Part shown: piece by piece, positions 9,761-19,427 of the stretch
Layout of the letters: every line of letters begins with the position of its first letter
Numbering within the stretch: the stretch's first letter is position 1
Origin: an uncultured Planctomycetota bacterium
GTDB taxonomy: Bacteria; Planctomycetota; Planctomycetia; Gemmatales; Gemmataceae
Assembly: GCA_963849325.1 (NCBI GenBank)
Contig: CAWKHF010000012.1
Coordinates: forward strand, 1,088,001 to 1,152,000
Direction: 5' to 3'
Length of the DNA stretch: 64,000 nt
The notes under the pieces: generated by a model
What the model was told of the DNA's origin: nothing
Seen by the model: the letters and a program-made list of their open reading frames with translations, nothing else
Databases searched by the model: none
Made by a program: the position numbers and the translations under genes

Positions 9761-10147
9761 TCAATGATGCGCGTGCGCGGCCGCGTGTCCGTCGTGATGA
9801 TCGTGCTCGGGCGGCGGCGGCTCGACGCTGATCTCTGGCGGCGTCCAGGCGAAGTAACCTTGCAGCCAACCGCAAAACAGCGCCAGCGCCGCCAACAGGC
9901 CGACGCTGCCGAGTTGCCACCAGCCGTTAGCGACGGTCCAAAAGCCGAGGCAGTTACAGGGGCGAGCATCGATCGACGCCCAGGCGAAGGCGGTCATAAT
10001 CAGGAGAAGCACGACGGGAGCCCAGCCGCCCTCGGCGAGCATCGGCCAGGCCTTCCGCCAGTTGACGGCCCACAGCCACCAGACACACCACAAGGCCCAC
10101 GGCAGCAGGTTCAGCAACAAACGCCCCAGGTCATTGAGCCAGTCCAC
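9761..10147 (-). CDS. Hypothetical Trp-rich membrane protein with His-rich C-terminus
   Basis: GTG start after GGAGGAG; about three hydrophobic segments; tail EHDHHDGHAAAHAHH. Confidence 0.7.
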   Translation of the reverse strand: MDWLNDLGRLLLNLLPWALWCVWWLWAVNWRKAWPMLAEGGWAPVVLLLIMTAFAWASIDARPCNCLGFWTVANGWWQLGSVGLLAALALFCGWLQGYFAWTPPEISVEPPPPEHDHHDGHAAAHAHH

Positions 10148-10319
10148 CGTTTCGCTCCTCCTCCGGCACGACGTTGACGGGCGGCGGTCCCGGCTGACAT
10201 CTTCGGCGGGCGCCTGCCCGGCGTCAAGCCGCCCGCGAAAAATATCTGTTGGCGAGCGGGGATGGGGTGGGGTATCCTTCAAAGAACGCATTCCACCATC
10301 GCACCGGGAGAGCGCTGTC

Positions 10320-11151
10320 ATGTCATCCGAGAATGATGTGCCATTGGGGGAAGGGGCCCGCCGTTACTACGAGCAGCAGTTCGGCGAACGCATCCGGCAG
10401 GTCAATAAATCCGGCGGCGCCCGTCGCGGCGGCTCGAACGGCAATGGCCGCGCCGGGGTCGGCATCGGCGTTGTCATCGGCGTCGTTTTCGTCGTAATCC
10501 GCATCGTCCTCGCCATCGCCCGTACCGAATCGCACAGTACGCCCTCGATCACCTACACGCCGCCTTCGCAGCCCAAGCTCGACGCGGAGATGCAGAAACG
10601 GTTGAATGAAATCCTTCAACAGGTCAACCAGCCGGACGTTCCTCCGCCGAACCCTTTGTTTGCTCCGGTCCCGGCCCCGGTCCATCCGGGTGAGGATCCC
10701 CTTCTGGCTGAAGAAGATGTGCCCCTGCTGCAAGGATTGTGTTACCGCATTCATCGCGAGAGCCAGCGGGCCGAACCGACTCCCGGAACGTCATATCCTC
10801 TCGTTGCTGGACGAGGCAGCCCAGAAATCCCTCGTCCGGGTGGCCGAGGGCGGGGCATTGGAGGAGGACGAGAAGGACCATCTCTTCAATGAATTCGGCG
10901 AGGCTCTGACAAGACCGGACTTTGCCGAGGGACCGTCCTTCGGCAACGTTCCCGGTCTCGCCCTCCTGCGGTTGACGCGCCCTCGGCCCGCGGGAGGAGT
11001 GGAGTTGTACAAGTACAACCGCGCGGTCCTGGAGATGTGCTATCCAGAGCAAATCGTGCCGCTGCACCAGCGCGACAAGCTCGACGAGCCGGGCCGCGAA
11101 CGATGGCGGAGGTTAGCGCAAGCCGATCTCGAAAAGGCCCGCCGGGAATAG
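10320..11151 (+). CDS. Hypothetical single-TM protein; frameshift near 10790
   Basis: Joined ORFs 10062-10892 and 10606-11151; TM segment GVGIGVVIGVVFVVIRIVLAI. Confidence 0.55.
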
Positions 11152-11176
11152 GCCGCGCAATTCGGGAGGGAACCCC

Positions 11177-12058
11177 TTGCCGCTCTTCGGCGCTCACATG
11201 TCCATCGCCGGCGGTTGTGTCAACGCCCTGCTCCAGGCCCAGGCGCACGGCTGCGACACCGTTCAGCTTTTCACCCGCGCCCCCAGTCAATGGAGCGGCC
11301 GCGAGTTGAGCGACGACGAGGTGCGCCTGTTCCGCCGCACGCTGCGGCAAACACGCCTCCGTTTGCCGACGGCCCACGATTGCTACCTGACCAACCTCGC
11401 CTCGCCGGACGAATCGCTCTACCGTCGCTCGCTGGAAACGTTCCTGGTCGAGCTGCAGCGAGCCGAGCGCCTCGGTCTGTCCTACCTCGTCATGCATCCG
11501 GGGGCGCACGTGGACAGCGGCGAAGAGGCCGGCCTGGCGCGCGTGGCATCCGCCCTCGATGAAATCCACGCCCGCAGTCCACGCGGCCGGGTGCGTGTGC
11601 TGCTGGAGACGACGGCGGGGCAGGGCAGCACGCTGGGCCATCGCTTCGAGCACCTGGCTCGCATCCTGTCGCTGGTGGCCAAGCCGGATCGACTGGGCGT
11701 GTGCTTCGACACCTGCCACGTCTTCGCCGCCGGCTACGCTCTCGCTCCCGCCGCCGAGTATCAGGCGACCATGCAGGCGTTCGACCGCACTATCGGCCTG
11801 GGTCGCCTGCGTGTCTTTCATGTCAACGACAGTCTGAAACCGCAGGGCAGCCGAGTGGACCGCCACGCCCACATCGGCCGCGGGGAGATGGGCCGGGAGC
11901 CGTTCCGTCTGCTGGTCAACGACCGGCGCTTTCGCCATCGACCGATGATCCTGGAGACGCCCAAGGAGGCAGGCGAGGAGAAGGACATGGACGCTGTTAA
12001 TCTGGCGACCCTGCGCGGGTTGGTGGAGTTGCCGGCCGGCGAGGATGCTCCCGTTTAG
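11177..12058 (+). CDS. nfo: Endonuclease IV (AP endonuclease)
   Basis: GAHMSIAGG, YLTNLAS, VMHPG, LLETTAGQG, CFDTCHVFAAGY, HVNDS, DRHAHIG, ILETP. Confidence 0.96.
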   Translation: MPLFGAHMSIAGGCVNALLQAQAHGCDTVQLFTRAPSQWSGRELSDDEVRLFRRTLRQTRLRLPTAHDCYLTNLASPDESLYRRSLETFLVELQRAERLGLSYLVMHPGAHVDSGEEAGLARVASALDEIHARSPRGRVRVLLETTAGQGSTLGHRFEHLARILSLVAKPDRLGVCFDTCHVFAAGYALAPAAEYQATMQAFDRTIGLGRLRVFHVNDSLKPQGSRVDRHAHIGRGEMGREPFRLLVNDRRFRHRPMILETPKEAGEEKDMDAVNLATLRGLVELPAGEDAPV

Positions 12059-12118
12059 CCGCGACGCGCAGCGGAGCGCGGGTCTGTCCCGCGCTCCGCT
12101 GCGCGTCGCGGCGAAACG
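12052..12118. repeat. REP-like palindrome, family A (TTAGCCGCGACGCGCAGCGGAGCGC...)
   Basis: Long inverted arms that include the nfo TAG stop; copies at 13267 and 17984. Confidence 0.88.
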
Positions 12119-12143
12119 AAAAGGGTGTTTTTCATCCCATCGT

Positions 12144-12565
12144 TCACTTGATGGGCGACAGATCGAACTCGTCGAGATCGTGCGGCGGCTCGCCCTCGTC
12201 CGCCCCGAGACCCGGCTTGTTCCGGTCCTCGAACTCCTTGATCTTGTGTTCCTTCTCCATCTGCTTGCGCATCTCCGTATCGCTGATCGGCGTACCGAGA
12301 AGGTCCGCCGGCTTGAAATCCTGCGTGAACCGGCTGGGCAGGCACAGCGAGCCGAGCACGAGGAGACCGACCGAGGCAGCCAAGGCCCAGCGACTGCGGC
12401 TCAGCGGGCGTCTCGACGGACTTGGCTGCGCGGCCGACTCGGGCCGAAAGGAAGATACCCGAGGCGCCCGCCACTGCGGGGGCATCTGTCCGCGAAAAAA
12501 GGCGCGGAGCAGCCCATCGAGGTCGTCGCCGGGTTTGCTGGGAGGTGGTTCGCACAAGGCTCATG
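12144..12565 (-). CDS. Hypothetical single-TM protein, possible anti-sigma factor (start uncertain)
   Basis: DLDGLLRAFFRGQMP...RWALAASVGLLVLG; lies directly downstream of an ECF sigma gene. Confidence 0.55.
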
Positions 12566-12616
12566 AAATTCTCTCGTGAGAGCGGCCGCCGCCTGACCGG
12601 GGCCGGGTACCGGGAG

Positions 12617-13178
12617 TCACGGCAGCTGTCCCACGCCCTGGGCCTTGAGGCGCTCGGCCAGGCGTTGGCGAGCACGGCTCAGACGCATGTGGACGGCCGT
12701 GGCGTTGATCGACAGCACGTCCGCGATCTCCCCTGTGTCGTAGTCCAGGGCGTACCGCAGAGTCAGGATCTCGCGGTCCGCCTTCGGCATCTGTTCCAAC
12801 ACCTCGCGCAGCTGCGCGAAGGTTTCTTCTCGTTCCAGGCTCTCCAACGGCAGCGGATCGTGGCCCGCCACGCCGTTCATCGTCTGCGGCGGATGGGTGC
12901 CGTTGCGGCGGAATGCACTCTTGGCGTGGTCCTCGGCGAGGTTGCGCGCCACGCGCAGCAGCCAGGCGCGCGGATTAAGGATCGTCTCGCCGCCTCTCCC
13001 ACTGTTTCCACAGCCGCAGAAACGCCTCCTGCGTGATGTCCAGGGCCGTGTCGGCGTTCATCCACCGCGCATAGGCCAGCGCCCAGACTTCGCGGCTGTG
13101 ACGTTCGTACAGAACCTCGAAGTCCGTGCGGTGTGCATCGGCCGGTGGCGGCTTCGCTTTCATAGTTCCATTATTCAT
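12617..13178 (-). CDS. ECF sigma-70 factor; frameshift near 12985
   Basis: FEVLYERH...DITQEAFLRLW, RAWLLRVARNLAED (region 2); REILTLRY...EIADVLSINATAVHMRLSRARQRL (region 4). Confidence 0.9.
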
Positions 13179-13266
13179 CCGCCCCCGTCCGTGGGCCAGA
13201 GGAATCCCCTGCTCGGCTCCACTGGAAAGACGAATCAACACGGCGGCGCTAACAGCGCTCGTTCGT

Positions 13267-13329
13267 TTAGCCGCGACGCGCCAGCAGAGCGCAGGTTTGT
13301 CCGCGGGCTCCGCTGCGCGTCGCGGCTAA
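13267..13329. repeat. REP-like palindrome, family A (degenerate)
   Basis: TTAGCCGCGACGCG...CGCGTCGCGGCTAA. Confidence 0.8.
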
Positions 13330-13576
13330 CCAGATAATCGCGGCGCTTTCCGTGGACCCCTCCCGAATTGCGTTTTGTGCGGCCGAACGTCGGCGTTTCG
13401 CCTCGGCCGGCCGTCGTTTTTCTCAAGGGGCGATGAGCCGAAGGGGTAGAATGGAGTCGTATCCCGAAGTCGGGATGCTTGTCTAACAGCGAACCAGCCC
13501 TGCCGGCGTTGTGGGCCGCATGTCACCTGGGGCCGCGGTTCGTGCTCGATCTCCACGCATTACGGAAGCTCTCGCC

Positions 13577-14727
13577 ATGAGACGTGTTGCGATGACTTGC
13601 TTTCTGGGCTGCTGTTCCGCCCTGGGAGGCATGATGGCCGTTACGCTCGGCATCCACGGCCTTTCGCCGGCCGTGGCCCAGATGACCGCGCCTCCGCCGG
13701 GCGGAGCGACGATGGACGTGGGCCGGGTCGGCGAGCGCTTCGAGTACGTCGCCCGCAAGGTCTCGCCGGCCGTGGTCGCCGTCGAGGCCGTCAAGCAGGC
13801 GCCGCCGCGCGGCAACGCCGGCAAAAGTCGCTCCATCGACGAATCCGGCTCCGGCGTCCTCATCCGCATCGCCCGCCATCCCGGCGTCTTCGTGCTGACC
13901 AACAACCACGTCATCCAGCAGGCGCCGGCCGACCAGATCACCGTCAGCCTGGCCGACAACCGCATCCTCAAGCCGTCGCGGGTGTGGGCCGACCCCGAAT
14001 CGGACGTGGCCGTCATGAAGCTGGACGCCGACGGCCTGCCGACGGCCGCCCTGGGCGACAGCGACGCAGTACGCGCGTCGGCCAGTGGGTGCTGGCCATC
14101 GGCAGCCCGTTCGGCCTGAATCAGACCGTGACGCACGGCATCATCAGCGCCCGCGAGCGCGGCCAGGTCAGCCTGGGCAGCACCATCCGCATCAAGGACT
14201 TCTTGCAGACCGACGCGGCCATCAACCCCGGCTCCAGCGGCGGCCCGCTCGTCAATCTCGACGGCGAGGTCATCGGCATCAACACCGCCATCGCCTCGCA
14301 CTCCGGCAGCAACAGCGGCGTCGCCTTCAGCATCCCCATCAACCTGGTCAAGCGCATCCTCGACCAGCTGCTCGACAAGGGCGCGGTGACGCGCGGCTAC
14401 CTGGGTCTGCAGGTGGCGCAGTCGTTCGAGCCGGCCGACGCGGCCAAGCTGGGGTTGAACCGGGCGCAGGGGCGCTGGTCGATACGGTTTACCCCGACAC
14501 GCCGGCGGCGACGGCGGGCCTGCTGGCCCGCGACGTGGTGCTGGAGGTGGACGGCACGCCGATCCGCAACGAGAACCACTTCATCAACCTCATCAGCGGT
14601 CTGCCGGCCGGCCGGCGCATCCGCCTGAACGTCTGGCGCGAGCCGGCGCGTGCTGACGCTGGAGGCCGTCGTCGGTGACTGGTCGGCCGCCCAGGCGCGT
14701 TTCCAGCACGACAAGGACAAACGGTGA
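13577..14727 (+). CDS. HtrA/DegP-family trypsin-like serine protease with PDZ domain; frameshifts near 14075, 14470 and 14640
   Basis: [57 protein letters not shown]. Confidence 0.9.
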
Positions 14728-14762
14728 GCCGCTTGCGGCTTCGCGCAGAAACCGCAAGCGGC
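14728..14762. repeat. REP-like palindrome, family E, between convergent genes
   Basis: GCCGCTTGCGGCTT...AAACCGCAAGCGGC. Confidence 0.7.
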
Positions 14763-14781
14763 GCGTTGCCTGCCGGCCGTG

Positions 14782-14886
14782 CTAATCTTCCGGCCGCTTG
14801 CTGCGGAGGAAGAGCAGGAGGCCAATCAGAGCGACGAGGAGGACGGCCATGATGATCATGAACGTCCAGCTAGTGAGGAACTCCAT
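14782..14886 (-). CDS. 34-aa single-TM small protein
   Basis: MEFLTSWTFMIIMAVLLVALIGLLLFLRSKRPED; AAGGTAGG RBS-like sequence; GC-rich third codon positions. Confidence 0.6.
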   Translation of the reverse strand: MEFLTSWTFMIIMAVLLVALIGLLLFLRSKRPED

Positions 14887-15230
14887 CGTGATGCCTACCT
14901 TTCGAGTGCTCTCCAAAACCAAAAGGATGACGGTTAGTCGCCGCCGTGTTCTCTCCTCGACTGGGCTTCCTCCGTCCGTGGATTCGCCGTCGCTTGCGTG
15001 CCGATCCGCATCGCGCCGCATTCGCCGAACGGCGTGCGCTCTCATCGCTTGCGCGGAGAGATTTGACAAGTGTTTTACCGTCCCGCCCGTCACATTGCAA
15101 GCATCCGCTGTGCGAAAATGCGGATTTCTCGTCGCTTCGATGAAAAACTCCCCAGACCTCTCTCCTCTCGTCCCCGCATCCAATTGACAATCGAACGTCC
15201 CCGCCTAGCAAAGAGCTAACGGGATAAATC

Positions 15231-15300
15231 CTCCGCACCGGAAGCGTAAGCGAAGAAACGGCAACCCAAGAGTGCCCTTCGCTTACGCTTCCGCGCGGAG
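15231..15300. repeat. REP-like palindrome, family B
   Basis: CGGAAGCGTAAGCGAAG...CTTCGCTTACGCTTCCG. Confidence 0.8.
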
Positions 15301-15324
15301 AATCCCATTTTTGACGGAAGGTCC

Positions 15325-16801
15325 ATGTCCGATGGTCTGCTGACACCCGTGTCGTCGCCGCGCCGGCGCCTCGTTCGCGCCGATCGCCGTGGCGAGCGCG
15401 GCGTTCCTGCTGCTGTATGCGCGTTCGCTGGTCGGGCCGGTGGTGTTTTACGACGATTTTCAGGTCCTTTCGCAGTCGTGGACCTGGGAGCGCACCCGCG
15501 AGGGGCTGTGGATACCGCAGAACGAACACGCCATGCCGCTGGGCCGGCTGCTATGCTTCGTCCTGGAATCGATGGTCGGCCGACTGCCGTTGCTGCCGTT
15601 GGTGACCTGCCTGGTCGGGCCGCTGGCACTGCTTGCAGGCATGTTGCTCGTCTACGTCTTCGTCCTCCGCGAGCTAGGCCATCCGTTTTACGCCGTGCTG
15701 GCCCTGGTGCTGTTCGGGGTGACAACGGTGTATCACCAGGCCGTGTGGTGGTTCGCCGCCAGTTTCGTCATCCTTGCTCTGGACACGATGTTGCTGGGCC
15801 TGCTCGCCGCCCAGCGCTGGCGACACACGGGGCGGCTGTCGGACCTGGGCCTGACCGCCCTGGCCTGCCTGCTCGCCCCCGGTTGGTTCGCCCTCGGCGT
15901 CCTCGCCGGCCCGCTGTGCGGTCTCTATCTGCTGGCCCCAGCGCGAGGAGAACGACTTTTCTCTTATCGTCGTCTTCTGGCGGCGCTGGCGCCGGTGGCG
16001 GGTACGGCCCTGTTCCTGGCCATGAGTCTGCCGCGCACCGCCACGACCATCATGCACCTGAGCCACTACCAGGGGCAGACGGCGGCGCAAGCGTTTCATC
16101 CCTTGATCGGCTTGCAGTACACCGCGCGATCCGTGGTAGACAATCTCTTGCTGGGCGTCGTGGGCGTGACCGCCGTGGCCCTGCCGGTGTGGTGCGTCGG
16201 CTTGTTGTTGACCGTGGCGATCGGCCTCGGCGTCTGGTGGTGGCGGCAGGCGCCCGAACGCCGCTTGATGCTCCTGGGATTGGGCCTCATCGGCAGCAGC
16301 TACCTCCTCGTCTATAGCGCTCGCTCCACCTGGGACTATGCCCTGATGGTCCAGCCGAACTTCTCGCGCTACCACCTGTTGCCCCAGCTGGGGCTGGTTC
16401 TGTTCTTCTGCGGCGGTCTACCCGGACGCGAGGACCACTGGTTCACGCCGAGCGCGGACGGCACGCTGAGCGTCCGGCAGCGGCGGCTGGTTTATGGCTT
16501 GATCGGCGTCTGTCTCCTGGTGCAGTTGCCGCGCGGCCTGATCTGTGGTTCGCCGACCGGCTGGTATCAGTTTGCCGAGGTCCGCGCTCAGTTCGCCACC
16601 TTGCGCCGTATCGAGAAAGTCGATGCGCTGTGCCGCGAACATCACATCAGCGCGGCGGCGGCGCGGCAAGCGCTGGGAAGACTGGACATTCCCTGCTCGC
16701 TGGACGTGATGGACGGCTGGGAGTTTCTGCGCGGCAGCGACAACCCGTGGCCGCTGCCGCCAGAGGAAGTCAAGCGCCTTTTGGCGTCAGGCGCGGAATA
16801 A
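15325..16801 (+). CDS. Polytopic membrane protein, probable GT-C-fold glycosyltransferase; probable frameshift near 15380
   Basis: FYDDF acidic motif after TM1, NEHAMPLGRLL, about 10 or more hydrophobic helices, late SRYHLLP motif. Confidence 0.55.
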
Positions 16802-17966
16802 CGGCAGTCGCTCGAAGGTGCCGCCCAGCGCCGCTTGCGCCGGCAGGCCGAGCCAGTCTTCGAGGACCGTGGCGTAAATGCAGCGGAAATCGACCGTCAT
16901 CTTCGGCGCGTTGCCGACCAGGTCGAGCAGGTTCGGAGCGTCGCCGATCAAGCCGCCACGGACGCCGGGTCCGGCTAGGAAGAGGATGCCGGCCGTGCCG
17001 TGGTCGGTGCCGCCGGAGGCGTTCTCGCGCACTTGCCGGCCGAACTCGCTGAAGACCAGCACGGCCACACGGTCGGCCAGCCGCGCCGCGGCCAGGTCGT
17101 CGAGGAAGGCTCGCAGGGCGCCGCCCAGCTCATCCAGCAGATTGGCGTGCGCCGGCAGTTGGGCAGCGTGGGTATCATAGCTGCCCTGCGAGGTGTAGTA
17201 GACCCGCGCGGCGAACCCCGCCTTGAGCAGCCGTGCCACCCGTTGCAAGCGACCGGCCAGGCCCGTCGTGGGATAATTCCCGTCGCCGGCGGAGACGCGC
17301 GCGGCCTCGGTCAGACGATCGCAGGTCGTGTAGGCGTCGAGGAAACTGCGATGGAGGAAGGCGTTCAAGTCCTCATCCGCCGCCGCGGGCGACGCCATCG
17401 TCCGCGCCGCGGCATCGCCCATCGACGAAAATTCCTCCAGCCGCGACTAGCGCCGAAGCGACGCAGCGCCGGCCGCGTAGGGCGATCGGCAGAGCGGCGG
17501 CGCCGACGAACAGCGAAGTGGCGGCGGGGTCGTCGAGGGCACGGCCGAGCCAGCCGTAGCTCTTATGCTCCTCGGGGTCGAAGCGCGCCGTCTGCCAGAC
17601 GGCCATGCTGCGGTTGTGCGAGCGGCTCGGGTTGGGGTAGCCGACGCCCTGCACGATCGCCAGCTGTCCGTCTTGCAGCAGCTTCGCTGCCTCGCCCAGC
17701 GACGGATGCAGGGCGAAGCGATCGTCGATCTTTCGCAGCCGCTTTTCCGGTAGACGGAGCGATTCACGATTTTTGAGGTAGCCATCATCCCTGAATGGCA
17801 CGACGGTATTGAGTCCATCGTTGCCGCCGTCGAGTTGGATAACGACGAGAGCGCGGCCATCGCGCTGCGGTTGGGCGGCACGGGCACTGCGAGCGAGGAA
17901 CAGAGGCACGGTTGGCGCCAGGGCGATCAGCGCCGAACGGCCGAGGAAATCGCGACGGGAAAGCAT
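16787..17966 (-). CDS. DUF1501 domain-containing Tat-signal protein; frameshift near 17430
   Basis: MLSRRDFL; LVVIQLDGGNDGLNTVVP, GVGYPNPSRSH, YDTHAAQ, FSEFGR, GTDHG. Confidence 0.9.
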
Positions 17967-17983
17967 GGATGGACCTCCTTCTC

Positions 17984-18048
17984 GTTTAGCCGCGACGCGC
18001 AGCGGAGCGCGCGACAGACTCGCGCTCCGCTGCGCGTCGCGGCTAAAC
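17984..18048. repeat. REP-like palindrome, family A, inside the DUF1800-DUF1501 operon
   Basis: Perfect inverted arms filling the gap between the DUF1800 stop and the DUF1501 RBS (AAGGAGGT). Confidence 0.9.
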
Positions 18049-19427
18049 TCAACCCAACTGCCCTTCCGGCGAAGCCAACATCAGCACGGCCACCCGGCGA
18101 ACCGTCTCCGCGTCGAGCGCCGCCGGACCCAGCGCCTTGCCCAGACGAGCGCGGAAAGCCGCGTTCGGCGGCGCACCGAGGAGCAGCACGCCGAAAAACG
18201 CGATGGCATCGTCGAGGTCGCGGGCACGGTGATGGCGGCGAGCGAGTTCGAGGGCGTCGAACGGTTCGGGCCGGCCGATGCTGCTGACCGCCGACCAGCG
18301 CCGCCGCAAAGTGGACGCGGCCGAGTGCGGAGCGCGTGTTGATCCAGCGCCGGCCACCCGGCCAACCGAAGACGTTGGGCGGATAGAACAGGTCCAGCCC
18401 CAGTCGCGCCGTCCAGTCGGCCAGCGCCACCGTGCTCGGCGGCGGCTCGAACATCTCCAGGGCGCGGACGGCGCCGACGACGTATTCGACCGGCCCGGCG
18501 ACGCGCGTGCACAGGTTCTTCGTCGGCGAAGAAGGTCCGCGAACGCAGGACCGTCTCGACGGCCCAGCCGATGCGGAGATCGTTTTGGCGCAAACCCTCG
18601 GCGAGGGCGTCGAGTCCGGCCGCGTCGAGGACGCCTTCGCCGAGGAACTGCTCGCCAATGCGCTCGGCCAGCCGCCGGGCCGTCGCGGGATGGTCGAGCA
18701 ACAGACGGAGCAGGTCGTCGCCGCGCCAGGCACCCTTCTTGCCGAGGATGGTCTTGTCGCCGTCGTCGTGGCGGGCGGCCACGTCGCGGAACTCGCCGTC
18801 CTCGACGGTCCAGCCGGTCAGGGCGCGGGCGGCGTCCTTGACGTCGTTCTCGATGTAGGGGCCGAGGCCGAGCGTGAACAGTTCCATCAGCTCGCGGCCG
18901 AGGTTCTCGTTGGGATGCTCCTTGCGATTGGCGGAGGCGTCGAGCCAGATCAGCATGGCCGGATCGCGCACCACGGCGGTCAGCAATTCGCCGAACGGCT
19001 TGCGGCCGAGGACGCGGAACTGTTCATTCTGGCGGCGCATGGCGGCGAGGTCATCGACCTTGGCGTTGCTGGTGGCGAAGTGGTTGTGCCACATCAACGT
19101 CAGTCGTTCGCCCAGCGGGTCGGGGCCGAACAACATGCGGTACACCCACCATGCTTTCAGCCGTCCCGCATCGCCGGCCGCCACGGCGGCATCGGCCAAC
19201 AGCGCCGAGACGCGCTCGAAGTCCTCCGGCACGCCCTGGCCGCGCGCCTTGCCGGATAGCAAACGGTCGATGCTCGCTTGCGGGCCGTCCTTCCAGTCGC
19301 GCTGAATCTCGCTCCAGGTGGCGGCGAAGCCGGCCCGGCGGTGCAGATGGACCACGCGGCGCAGATCCCAGGGGGTCTTGTCGTCGGGCGCGTAGGGCGC
19401 CCAGTATGCGGAGGAGGGCATGCTCAT
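18049..19427 (-). CDS. DUF1800 family protein; frameshifts near 18520 and 18285
   Basis: HLHRRAGFA, ERLTLMWHNHFATS, DPAMLIWLD, PNENLGRELMELFTLG, AARALTGW, PPNVFGWPGG. Confidence 0.9.
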
